Shown here in pieces: positions 1 to 9,105 of a stretch of DNA of 64,000 nucleotides. The position numbers were made by a program, and so were the translations under genes. The notes beneath the pieces are model-generated. The model was not told the DNA's origin. It searched no databases and worked only from the letters and a program-made list of their open reading frames with translations. The stretch lies in NCBI GenBank assembly GCA_038883855.1, contig JAVZLH010000001.1, forward strand, positions 64,001 to 128,000. The letters are read 5' to 3'. How positions within the stretch are numbered: the stretch's first letter is position 1; every line of letters starts with the position of its first letter. Origin of the DNA: Candidatus Bathyarchaeia archaeon. GTDB taxonomy: Archaea > Thermoproteota > Bathyarchaeia > Bathyarchaeales > Bathycorpusculaceae.

Positions 1-2
1 TT

Positions 3-203
3 TTTGCTGCTAGGGAGATTACTCCAGAAGTACTTATGGAGTTTCCAACAGTAGAAGCTTTCGTTAACACTGCTTGTCCCAGAATATCGCTTGATGACGC
101 GTCAAAATTCAAAAAACCTGTGCTAACGGTAAGCGAGGCTTTGGTTGTTGCTGGCGAATTGTCTTGGGAAGAGTTATGCAAAAGAGGCTTATTCGAAAAT
201 TAG
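3..203 (+). CDS. dph2: Diphthamide biosynthesis protein Dph2, C-terminal part (truncated by window start)
   Basis: Manually translated frame 3: ...EITPEVLMEFPTVEAFVNTACPRISLDD...KPVLT...*. VNTACPRI is the Dph2 Fe-S cysteine motif. Confidence 0.85.
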   Translation, partial: FAAREITPEVLMEFPTVEAFVNTACPRISLDDASKFKKPVLTVSEALVVAGELSWEELCKRGLFEN

Positions 204-895
204 ACCTTGAACTGGCGCTGTCGCAAATAAAGCCTCACCCTTCTCCAAAACCAAGTCTTGAACAATACACCATCCCCACAGACGTTGCGGCAAAAATGCT
301 TTACATAGCAGCCTACACGTATGATGATATTATTGGGAAGACGGTTTTAGACCTCGGCTGTGGAACTGGGAGGCTGGCTTTGGGAGCAGCTTTCTTAGGC
401 GCAAAAAAGGTTGTAGGCGTGGATATCGACAAAAGCGCGGTGACCACAGCTTTAGAAAATTCAAAGCGAATGGAGTTAAGAAAGAAGGTGCAGTGGGTTG
501 TTGCCGACATAGAGGTTGTAAAAGGAAATTTTGATACCGTCCTACAGAACCCTCCCTTTGGCGTCCAGAAACGTGAAGCAGACCGAAAATTCATTAAGAA
601 AGCTTTGGAGACAGGCAAAGTTGTATATTCGCTTCACAAAAGCCCAAACGCAAAAAGGGATTTGATTAAAAAGTTAAAGGCAAATGGGAAGGGCATCGTA
701 CAGACTTGTCCATCGCCCTTTTTGCAATGGTTTATTGAGAAGCACGGTGGACGGATAAGAGACGTTTACTCAATGGTTATGGCCATTCCATGCATGTTCT
801 CCTTTCACAAAAGGAAAAAACACGAGTTCATAGTTGACTTATACATAATAGAAAAGGAAGACAAATGCACATGGCAACTAAAGCGGAACTTTTAA
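176..895 (+). CDS. METTL5-family SAM-dependent RNA N6-adenine methyltransferase
   Basis: LEQYTIP, VLDLGCGTG motif I, NPPFG catalytic motif, MFSFHKRK C-terminus. Confidence 0.9.
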   Translation: MQKRLIRKLDLELALSQIKPHPSPKPSLEQYTIPTDVAAKMLYIAAYTYDDIIGKTVLDLGCGTGRLALGAAFLGAKKVVGVDIDKSAVTTALENSKRMELRKKVQWVVADIEVVKGNFDTVLQNPPFGVQKREADRKFIKKALETGKVVYSLHKSPNAKRDLIKKLKANGKGIVQTCPSPFLQWFIEKHGGRIRDVYSMVMAIPCMFSFHKRKKHEFIVDLYIIEKEDKCTWQLKRNF

Positions 896-1467
896 AGACA
901 ATTGCAGATGAAGTTACTGCTTGCCGCAAATGCCACCTTTGGAAAACTCGAAAGAACGCAGTTCCGGGCGAAGGCAACCCAGACGCGCTTGTCATGCTTG
1001 TCGGCGAAGCGCCGGGCTACTGGGAAGATGTTAAGGGACAACCTTTTGTTGGCGCCGCCGGCAAATTCCTCGAAAGTTTGCTAGCCATAGTCGGGTTTTC
1101 GAGGGAAAACGTTTTCATCTGTAATATTTTGAAGTGTCGCCCGCCCGGAAACCGCGCCCCTTCACCGCAAGAAATACAGACTTGCACACCTTATTTGGAT
1201 AGGCAAATTGAGGTTATCAAGCCGAAGGTTATTGTCACGCTTGGCAATCATTCTTCTGCTTATATCTTTTCCAAGGCTGGGCTTGAGTTCAAAAGCATAA
1301 CGCAAGCCCGTGGAAAATTTTATGACGCTGCCATTTTGGGTGGAGAGACCATTGTTTTTCCAACATTCCATCCAGCTGCGGCTTTGTATAGCGCAAAATA
1401 CAAGGAACAAATAACCGACGACTTTAAACTGTTGAAGCAAAAGCTTGCAGAAAAGGGAATGATTTAA
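865..1467 (+). CDS. udg: Family 4 uracil-DNA glycosylase (4Fe-4S)
   Basis: CxxC, GEAPG, PFVG, KCRPPGNR, FHPAA motifs. Confidence 0.95.
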   Translation: MHMATKAELLKTIADEVTACRKCHLWKTRKNAVPGEGNPDALVMLVGEAPGYWEDVKGQPFVGAAGKFLESLLAIVGFSRENVFICNILKCRPPGNRAPSPQEIQTCTPYLDRQIEVIKPKVIVTLGNHSSAYIFSKAGLEFKSITQARGKFYDAAILGGETIVFPTFHPAAALYSAKYKEQITDDFKLLKQKLAEKGMI

Positions 1468-2381
1468 CCTTCAAACTTCACGGCTGAATTTAATTCGGCG
1501 ATAAGTTCATCGATGTTCTTGAAAGTTTTAGAAGGTAAATCCTTAAGGACGGTTTCAAGCCTAACTTGTTTACCTTCCTCTAACTCCACAAGCTTCCACC
1601 CAACTCTTTTTACCAAAACGCTTTTCGAAACGGGAAAACGGGTTTTCCCCGCCACTTCCTTAATTGAGGCTAAACCTTTCCCGCTTGTTACTTTTGGAAA
1701 GGCGCCCTTTGACAAGTATTCAGTGAAACGCAGGGCATCATCAAACATTGAGAGGTTGTTGAAAAGAACATAAACAGCCCTCGCCTTTTTCTCGTATGGC
1801 GTAATAAGTTCCTTAAGTTTTTGAAGTTCAGCATCACTGTACTGGTAATAGTACATTTGTTTTCCTAAACCATGAAGTCTAAAATAGGCTATTTCGCCAG
1901 TGTAAGCTGGCAACGTCTTAAACGGGTCAGTAACGTGCGTGATGTCCAACTCCTTTAACACTTTTTCCAGTTTCTCATAAGTTTCAGTTTTTTCCCATTG
2001 TGGTCCGCGTGTTTCCCAAACCAAGGCGAGGTCTTCACATTTTATTTTTCTGAAAAACTTTTCCGCTTCCGCCAATCTGTCTGGTCTAAAAGATGCGGGA
2101 GTTTGGAAAAGAAGGATTCTAGAATTTAAAACTTTGCAGATTTGTTTCATCCGATTAAAGGCTTGAACACTTGCATCTTCCACTTTCATTTTGGATTTGT
2201 GGCTGATGTCTTGATGTGCCTTAACTGTAAATTCAAAATTTTTCGGAGCTTTTTCACGCCAACCCCTAACGGTTTCGATTCGCGGATACTGGTAAAAAGT
2301 GGTGTTCAACTCTACTAGGCTGAGGTTTTCAAAGTATTTTTTCATGGATGTTGGAAAACCGCAACATCCAACCTTAATCAT
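1464..2381 (-). CDS. DUF72-family protein with C-terminal extension
   Basis: IKVGCCGF, VELNTTFY, FTVKA, YFRLHG, VLFNN motifs. Confidence 0.88.
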   Translation of the reverse strand: MIKVGCCGFPTSMKKYFENLSLVELNTTFYQYPRIETVRGWREKAPKNFEFTVKAHQDISHKSKMKVEDASVQAFNRMKQICKVLNSRILLFQTPASFRPDRLAEAEKFFRKIKCEDLALVWETRGPQWEKTETYEKLEKVLKELDITHVTDPFKTLPAYTGEIAYFRLHGLGKQMYYYQYSDAELQKLKELITPYEKKARAVYVLFNNLSMFDDALRFTEYLSKGAFPKVTSGKGLASIKEVAGKTRFPVSKSVLVKRVGWKLVELEEGKQVRLETVLKDLPSKTFKNIDELIAELNSAVKFEG

Positions 2382-2393
2382 TTTCCTTCGCCG

Positions 2394-3161
2394 TTAAGCG
2401 CTTATTTTTGGAGGCGGATGGACTGGCTTGCCGAGTTTTCGGCGTAAGGCAATACGGTATAGTTTTCTTAAAGATTTTACGAGTTGCTCGATGCTTGGCA
2501 AACTGGAGTGGATGAGGGGGATGGAGTCGTACTCGGCGAACTTAATTGAATTTTCATCCGGAAAAGCGTTGTGGAATACGACTACCCGCGGCTTGAGGCT
2601 GCTCATGCGGACAATAAGCATGGGTGAAATTCCATTGTCAACATAGGTAAAAATAAGCGCTCTTTCTGTTGTAGCGCCAAACAGCTGTGAAAACTCGAAA
2701 CCCGAAAAAGTTTCAATAACCCTTTTACTATCCACAACAGTGTAGCCCAAAACCTCCTTCACATGACGGTCCGCGCATGCCACAACCTCTCCTCTAAGGG
2801 CTTTACATAAATATTCCACGCGAACTGGAATAGGGAACTCACGCAGGTCTATGATAGCGTTACTAGGTGAACCCGTGAGCTTTGCAAACTCTCGAACAAA
2901 ACGGCCTCCACGTTCCTCATCAATTTGTAAAAGTGCCCAAACAAACCTACGGACAAACTTTGTGCCTGGACTTTTTCGTCTCCCACTTTCGTAGTCGCTG
3001 ATGACAGATGGCGAAAGAACCATTTTGTCTGAAAGGGTTGTCTGTGAAATGGCGAAAAGCTCGCGCCACTTGCGCATGGTTGCGCCAGGCTTACTTGACA
3101 GTATTATTTCGCCCGCAATTCTTCTAGCCAAAACCTCGCGAATGCTTGGAGACACAGACAT
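2394..3161 (-). CDS. XRE/Cro-type HTH transcriptional regulator (archaeal COG1709-like)
   Basis: RIAGEIILS...MRKWRELF...SVISDYESGRRKSPG HTH; GATTERALIFT C-terminal domain. Confidence 0.85.
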   Translation of the reverse strand: MSVSPSIREVLARRIAGEIILSSKPGATMRKWRELFAISQTTLSDKMVLSPSVISDYESGRRKSPGTKFVRRFVWALLQIDEERGGRFVREFAKLTGSPSNAIIDLREFPIPVRVEYLCKALRGEVVACADRHVKEVLGYTVVDSKRVIETFSGFEFSQLFGATTERALIFTYVDNGISPMLIVRMSSLKPRVVVFHNAFPDENSIKFAEYDSIPLIHSSLPSIEQLVKSLRKLYRIALRRKLGKPVHPPPKISA

Positions 3162-3227
3162 GTAACCGCGTTCCCTTCCTAGCCGCTATTTTCCCTTAAA
3201 ATAGCCCGATATAAAACTGTACCGCTT

Positions 3228-4130
3228 TCAATTTGCGAAGACTAAGAAAATTCCAGCAACAATTAACATGGAACCTAAAACGTTCTGTTTTGTAACTTTT
3301 TCATGTAAAAAAATGATTCCGGACAGCATTGAAAAGAGAGGCGTTATGGAAGATATTGGTACCGCTCGCGATTCTGGAGTTTTAACAGCAAAACTATACG
3401 TTAGGAAGAACCATCCCAGTCCCAAAGATGCAACTCCACCAACGCTAGACGCAAGAAATGTTTCTTTTCGTATCTTTAGAAAACTAAATTCCCTATCTCC
3501 TATAGGAGCCAAGACCAGTAGAAAAACTGCTGTTATCACTACCCTTATGGTGTTAACTGCCAACGCGTGGTCAAAATTGGAGGCTTCTTTTACAGTCATA
3601 TTTACCATCGATATACTTATAGACCATGTTATGGCGGTCAATACGGCTAAAGCAATGCCCTTGACAAGAATTTTTCTAGCCACCTCCACATGCTTTCTCT
3701 GTTTATCTTGACCTAGAAGCCATATTCCCAAAACTATTATAATCACCCCCGTAATTATCTGGAGTGAAATAATTTCTCCTCCTAGCAGCGTTGCCCATAA
3801 AAGACTGAACAGCGGATACGTGCATGTTATTGGAACAGTCTTGACAACTCCTATCATTTTTAAACTTGCTAGATACAATGTGTCACCGAGGCCTAAGCCA
3901 ATTAACCCGCTTATGCACGCAAGAATCAGCGCCTTTGAAGTTAGCACCGCTAAAATTTCAAGTTTGCTGGCTAGCGCAAGAAAAATGAGAAGAATTAGGC
4001 TTGTGGACGTGCATCGCACAATGTTCACAGCGACTGGTTTCACGTTTAACAACGCCTTTTTATACAACACTGCCGATACAGTCCAACATAACGCGGCGCC
4101 TAAAGCCGCCATTTCACCTTCACTGATCAT
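3228..4130 (-). CDS. DMT/EamA-family transporter
   Basis: About 10 hydrophobic segments in two EamA repeats; P-L-F...E-K-V signature. Confidence 0.88.
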   Translation of the reverse strand: MISEGEMAALGAALCWTVSAVLYKKALLNVKPVAVNIVRCTSTSLILLIFLALASKLEILAVLTSKALILACISGLIGLGLGDTLYLASLKMIGVVKTVPITCTYPLFSLLWATLLGGEIISLQIITGVIIIVLGIWLLGQDKQRKHVEVARKILVKGIALAVLTAITWSISISMVNMTVKEASNFDHALAVNTIRVVITAVFLLVLAPIGDREFSFLKIRKETFLASSVGGVASLGLGWFFLTYSFAVKTPESRAVPISSITPLFSMLSGIIFLHEKVTKQNVLGSMLIVAGIFLVFAN

Positions 4131-4227
4131 CTGCCCTCACAACTATTCAATTTTAAAGTAGAGATTTATTTGAAAGAGCTAAATAAATATCTAGCACTTG
4201 AATAAAGTCTTCCGTAAGGTAATATGC

Positions 4228-4923
4228 ATGGAATTTGACATCTTTTGGCGCGCTGAAGTTTGCGCACGTTTCCCAAAGCTTACTGTTGGTTTGGGCTTAA
4301 TTAAAGGTGTGAATATAGAGAAAGAGAACGAACAGATTAAGAAACTTAAAGAAACAGTATACAATGAAGTAAGAAGTAAATATAATGTTGAGACATTAAA
4401 AGACAACCCAATAGTAAGAGCCTATAGGGACTTCTACTGGAAACTCGCCATAGACCCAACAAAAACACGCCCTTCAGGCGAAGCCCTTCTTAGAAGAGTT
4501 TTACATGGGAATGAGCTTCCAAAAATATCCACAGTTGTGGACGCCTACAACTTGGCTTCCATGAAAACAATAATCCCGATAAGCGGCTTTGACTGTGAAA
4601 AGCTGGATCCACCCTTTCATGTGAGATTTGCGAATAACGGAGAAACTTTCCTTGGAATAGGGATGAGCAAACCGATGACTTTAACAGATAAAATGCTTGT
4701 TTTAGCCGACAAAAGCCAAGTTTTATCTGTATACCCGCACAGAGACTCTGACCACACAAGAATTACTGAAAGCACAAAAAACGTGTTAATTGTTGCTTAC
4801 GGCGCACCGGAAATAACAGAGCGACAACTGAAAGAGGCTGTGGAAACAACTCTTTCATATATTAAGCAAGTCTCCAGCGGAGAAATTCAAGCAATAAAAG
4901 TTTTTAGTGCCACCTCCAAATGA
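4228..4923 (+). CDS. B3/B4 domain protein (PheRS-beta-like, putative tRNA editing)
   Basis: AYRDFYWKLAIDPTKTRPSGEALLRR, VVDAYNLAS, YPHRDS motifs. Confidence 0.88.
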   Translation: MEFDIFWRAEVCARFPKLTVGLGLIKGVNIEKENEQIKKLKETVYNEVRSKYNVETLKDNPIVRAYRDFYWKLAIDPTKTRPSGEALLRRVLHGNELPKISTVVDAYNLASMKTIIPISGFDCEKLDPPFHVRFANNGETFLGIGMSKPMTLTDKMLVLADKSQVLSVYPHRDSDHTRITESTKNVLIVAYGAPEITERQLKEAVETTLSYIKQVSSGEIQAIKVFSATSK

Positions 4924-4929
4924 AATGAG

Positions 4930-5703
4930 GTGTTTGATGTGTTATTTCGCGATAGAATAGAGCAAGTAGCCAAAAAGCAAGGGTCAAACATCGTTTTGGC
5001 TTTGGACTTTCCCTTTGAAAAACCGGAAAACCGTTCAAATCTTTTCTCCAAAGCAGAAAAAATCTTGGAGGCGGCATATCCTTATGTTTGCGCAGTGAAG
5101 TTTAATCATCATTTGATTCTTCCCCTAGGCGTGTTTGACGGAATTCAAGAACTCGTCAAAAAGGTTCATGACTATGGGCTAGTGGCGATAATGGACTGCA
5201 AAGCAAACGATATAGGTTCAACAAATGAGGTTATAGCCCAATATTATTATGCTGCTGGCTTCGACGCTTTAATAGCAAACCCCTTCATCGGGTGGGAAGA
5301 GGGCTTAAAACCAATTTTTGATGTTGCGCAGAAACTGGAGCGCGGCGTAATCCTTCTCGTTTACATGAGTCATAAAGGAGCAGTTGAAGGCTATGGACAA
5401 ACGGTTATAGACGCTGAAACTGGTAAGGAAACACCACAGTATCTTTTATTTGCTAAAAAAGCCCGCAAGTATGAAGCAGACGGGGCGGTGGTTGGCGCAA
5501 CATACCCTGAAAAAATAAGAGAAGTTTACGCAATACTCGGCGAAAACGTTCCAATTTATTCGCCTGGCATAGGTGTTCAAGGAGGCGAGGCAAAATCCGC
5601 TTTAAAGGCTGGCGCCCGCTACCTCATTGTAGGGAGGTCGATAACGCAAGCGCAGAATCCTGCAGAGACTGCAAAGCAGATCTGGAAAATTTCCAGACGC
5701 TGA
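4930..5703 (+). CDS. pyrF: Orotidine-5'-phosphate decarboxylase
   Basis: DCKANDIGST (DxKxxDIxxT), VVGATYP, SPGIGVQGG, IVGRSI. Confidence 0.93.
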   Translation: MFDVLFRDRIEQVAKKQGSNIVLALDFPFEKPENRSNLFSKAEKILEAAYPYVCAVKFNHHLILPLGVFDGIQELVKKVHDYGLVAIMDCKANDIGSTNEVIAQYYYAAGFDALIANPFIGWEEGLKPIFDVAQKLERGVILLVYMSHKGAVEGYGQTVIDAETGKETPQYLLFAKKARKYEADGAVVGATYPEKIREVYAILGENVPIYSPGIGVQGGEAKSALKAGARYLIVGRSITQAQNPAETAKQIWKISRR

Positions 5704-5715
5704 TATTTACTGGTT

Positions 5716-7686
5716 TTAGTGAATGAGAGAGGAAGTTGCCAGAGAAGAAGCGTAAAGCAATGCCACTGTTCCGATGAGGTTTATGAAAATATTCAATGAA
5801 GGTCCTGCAGCGTCTTTCAAAGAGTCTCCTACGGTGTCGCCGATAATTGCTGCCGTATGTGCTGGCGTGCCCTTACCTCCCAAGTTGCCTGCTTCTATGA
5901 ATTTTTTGGCGTTATCCCAAGCCGCGCCGCTAATAGACATGAGTAGAGCGAGGGGAAGCATTGTTATGAGGTTTCCAACAATTAAGCCGCCCATGGCTTC
6001 TTTGCCGAGAGTTAAGCCAACAGTTAAGGGAATAGCCACTGACAAAAAGGCTGGGAGTAGCATGCCTCTCAAAGCGGCTCTTGTGCTTATATCTACGCAC
6101 CTAGCGTAATCGGGCTTGGTTTCACCGTTCGCGAGACCGAAGTTTTCACTGAACTGTCTGCGAACTTCTCTAATTAGAGTGTAGGCTGCATTCCCAACAG
6201 CCTTAATTATCATGGAACAAAAGACGAAAGACACCATTCCGCCTATGAGCATCCCCGTAATAACTGTCGGATTCATCGCATCAATGGTCTGAAGTTGGGC
6301 AGCGTTTATGTAAGCGGAAAAGAGGGCAACTTGAGCCAAAGCAGAGGTTCCTATTGCATAAACTTTACAAACAGCCTTCGTCACGTTGCCAACAGCATCC
6401 AATTTATCCATTACCTTCTGTTCTTGCGCGCCCGCACCAGTCATTTCCACCAAACCGCGAGCATTATCCACAATAGGACCATAGGAAGACATTGCGATAA
6501 AAGTAGCTATTATGGAGAGAAAACCAACCGCTACAAGAGTTATCCCATACAACCCCTCAAAATGGTAAGCAGCCATAACAGCCGCTGAAAAAACAATTAT
6601 TGGAGCGGCTGTGCTTTCCAAGCTTGTTGCGAAACCCATCAGTATGGTTGTGGCTGGTCCGGTTCCAGAAGCCATTGCAATCGCCTTTACGGGTTTTTTG
6701 TCTGGTGAAGTGTAATGTTCAGTTAACAAAGCAAATAATATGACAGCCAAAACTCCAGCAAACGTGGCGTAAAAAGCGTTGAAATCATGGAAAATATTCC
6801 ATGAGGCGAAAATTGCGGCGACTGAAACCAGGGCGGCTGAAGCATACATGCTCTTGTTAATCGCTTGTCGGGCGTCACCGTCGTTTGTTTTAATGAAGAA
6901 TGAGCCGAAGATGGATGCAATTATTCCAAATCCGAGAACCACTAAGGGATAGGTTAATCCGCTTCTTCCATACATCGAAAAGCCGAGAATCATGGCGGCG
7001 ACGAGTGTGCAGACATAGGATTGGAAGACGTCAGAGCCTGTGCCTGCTATGTCTCCTACATTGTCTCCTACTTGGTCAGCTATAACTGCTGGGTTTCTTG
7101 CGTCGTCTTCTGAAAGACCCATCTCTACTTTGCCGATTAAATCGGCGCTCATGTCAGCGGCTTTTGTGTATATTCCGCCGCCTACACGTGCAAACAAGCC
7201 TATTAGGCTGGCACCGAAACCAAGTCCTACGAGCATTATTGGGTCGCCGAGTAGCATGTAAAGGGCGCTGACGCTTAACAAACCCAAACCAGCTAAGGAC
7301 AAGCCTATGACTGTGCCGCTGCGGGACGCTATTGCCAGCGCATCTTTAAAGCCATTTTTCGCCGCGTTTGCCGTTCTTGCGTTGGCGCGGATGGCGATAT
7401 GGACGCCAATATATGCTGAGGCTGCGGAGAAAAGCGCGCCGACAACAAAGGTTAGAACTGCAAATGCGCCCGAGATAAACATGAGAAGCACTGCAAGTGA
7501 CGCCCCAAAAATTATGACGGTTTTAAATTGACGGTTCAAGTAGGCTGTGGCGCAAATTTTAATTAAATTAGAAATTTCAGCGATTTTAGTTGTGGCGGTT
7601 GGTTTATTAAGCACACGGTGGGCTAAGTAAACGGCGAAAAGTATTGCTGATAGCCCAGCAACTGGGGCAGCGAGTACAAAGTCCAA
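5716..7686 (-). CDS. hppA: Membrane-bound pyrophosphatase, K+-independent type, with divergent gate residues
   Basis: GGGIYTKAAD, EDDARNPAVIADQVGDNVGD, GNVTKA, GAAWDNAKK, GDTVGD.LKD motifs; many TM helices. Confidence 0.9.
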   Translation of the reverse strand: MDFVLAAPVAGLSAILFAVYLAHRVLNKPTATTKIAEISNLIKICATAYLNRQFKTVIIFGASLAVLLMFISGAFAVLTFVVGALFSAASAYIGVHIAIRANARTANAAKNGFKDALAIASRSGTVIGLSLAGLGLLSVSALYMLLGDPIMLVGLGFGASLIGLFARVGGGIYTKAADMSADLIGKVEMGLSEDDARNPAVIADQVGDNVGDIAGTGSDVFQSYVCTLVAAMILGFSMYGRSGLTYPLVVLGFGIIASIFGSFFIKTNDGDARQAINKSMYASAALVSVAAIFASWNIFHDFNAFYATFAGVLAVILFALLTEHYTSPDKKPVKAIAMASGTGPATTILMGFATSLESTAAPIIVFSAAVMAAYHFEGLYGITLVAVGFLSIIATFIAMSSYGPIVDNARGLVEMTGAGAQEQKVMDKLDAVGNVTKAVCKVYAIGTSALAQVALFSAYINAAQLQTIDAMNPTVITGMLIGGMVSFVFCSMIIKAVGNAAYTLIREVRRQFSENFGLANGETKPDYARCVDISTRAALRGMLLPAFLSVAIPLTVGLTLGKEAMGGLIVGNLITMLPLALLMSISGAAWDNAKKFIEAGNLGGKGTPAHTAAIIGDTVGDSLKDAAGPSLNIFINLIGTVALLYASSLATSSLIH

Positions 7687-7837
7687 ACTAGATCTTTCTC
7701 CGCAATTATTTTTTGGTTAATTGTGCTTGCCCACCTTAACCAATTGCAACACAAAACATTTAGCTTCGGTTTAAACTTTGCGATAAAAGGAGACGCTGGC
7801 AAACAATTGGGATAAAGGAGAAGAGAGTGTAAAAATT

Positions 7838-7990
7838 TTATCGTCCCTTTCTTTCCCAAAGTTCCTTCTTAAGCAAGTCTCGAACCGCCGACCTTATGGC
7901 GGAACTTCTGCTTGGATACATGTTTGCTCTAACAAGCTCGTCTAATCCTTCAAGATACGCTTCGGGTAATAAGACTGTTACGAGTTTCAT
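7838..7990 (-). CDS. Small ribbon-helix-helix (CopG/CdrS-like) regulator, 50 aa, not in ORF track
   Basis: Manual translation MKLVTVLLPEAYLEGLDELVRANMYPSRSSAIRSAVRDLLKKELWERKGR*; GGTGA RBS upstream. Confidence 0.88.
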   Translation of the reverse strand: MKLVTVLLPEAYLEGLDELVRANMYPSRSSAIRSAVRDLLKKELWERKGR

Positions 7991-8051
7991 GGCGCTTCAC
8001 CTGGTATAATATGCTTATAACATGTGCTAATATAAGATTTGAGGGCGAGTT

Positions 8052-8384
8052 TTAAACATGTTCTTTCATAGCCCAAATCTCTTTCATGGTATTGTGGAAT
8101 GTTTTGTAAGCATCGTCAATGTAGATTGTGCGGCGTTTGATTCCTTGCTGCACAGTTCCTGCCGCGATTAGCAACGTGCCAACCAAGTCGCTGATTATTG
8201 GTTCTGGGAAAACAACAAATGCCACGCCAAGCTTTATCAAAAGTGAATTGTTTCCGCCACGCCACAGTTTTTTCGTCATCCGCGTTTCTTGTACAGTTTC
8301 TCTCATGGAGTTCATGAAATCCTTGTAGCTTTCGTTTAACTCGTTAACCACGCTTACCATTGTTTTCAATTCTTCGTTCTTCAT
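8052..8384 (-). CDS. Hypothetical protein with a membrane hairpin
   Basis: 110-aa ORF, GGTGAGGGG RBS, hydrophobic segment with PEPxxSD. Confidence 0.65.
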   Translation of the reverse strand: MKNEELKTMVSVVNELNESYKDFMNSMRETVQETRMTKKLWRGGNNSLLIKLGVAFVVFPEPIISDLVGTLLIAAGTVQQGIKRRTIYIDDAYKTFHNTMKEIWAMKEHV

Positions 8385-8657
8385 ATAAGCCCCTCACCCT
8401 CACCCTAATCCTCTAGATGTTTTCATAAATGAACCGTCAAAGAAAAAAGCTTTAATCCCATAAAACTTTGAGAATTTCTCCCCTTCTTTTGAAAGGTTGC
8501 TCACAATTTTAAATAACCATTTGAATTTTGTTAATGGCAGCTTTTACCGCTTTATGTTGGTTGTGGAAAATGTTATCAAGCAGTTAAGTGGTTCTTCCAT
8601 TAAATTATTATCTTGAAACTCAAATAATCCTTAACTTAGTTTAAGGAAGGTGGTTTC

Positions 8658-9101
8658 ATGTCGGATGAATGTTACGCCTTCATTCTATTGTCCGATGAGA
8701 AATGGTGGAAAAGGCTATGTGAAAGCAATAGGGATAACGGTGAAACACGGATTTTTGTGCGCAGAAACCGTGTGGGTCCAGTTTCTGCAGAAAAACTTCT
8801 GTTTTATGTTAAGCGCCCGTTAATGCAGATTCGCGGAGTTGCGGATTTTGTTGAACGATTGTCTGGAAACTACGAAGAGCTTTGGAGTCTACACGGCAAA
8901 GAAACATGCCTAAGGGACTTTAAGGAGTACGTTAATTTCCTCGGGGGCAGGGAGAACGTAACTTTTATTAGGTTTAAGAATCTCCGCGAGTTTGAAACAC
9001 CTATTTCAATGGATGTTATCAGAAAGGTTCTTGGTGTTCAGAAGATTCCGCGCAACGGCAAATACATAAATCGTGAAACAGCAAATCAACTAATAACCTA
9101 A
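8658..9101 (+). CDS. Hypothetical protein, PUA-like (EVE/ASCH/DUF365-like) domain
   Basis: KLLFYVKRPLMQIRGVADF..LW pattern resembles ASCH/EVE folds; GGTGG RBS. Confidence 0.55.
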   Translation: MSDECYAFILLSDEKWWKRLCESNRDNGETRIFVRRNRVGPVSAEKLLFYVKRPLMQIRGVADFVERLSGNYEELWSLHGKETCLRDFKEYVNFLGGRENVTFIRFKNLREFETPISMDVIRKVLGVQKIPRNGKYINRETANQLIT

Positions 9102-9105
9102 AAAG

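Noticed and set aside
640-725. Extra segment in the METTL5 gene with an AAGGGC/GCCCTT stem, considered as an in-frame intron
   Set aside because: No 4-bp helix with two 3-nt bulges was found, and it reads as plausible protein sequence.
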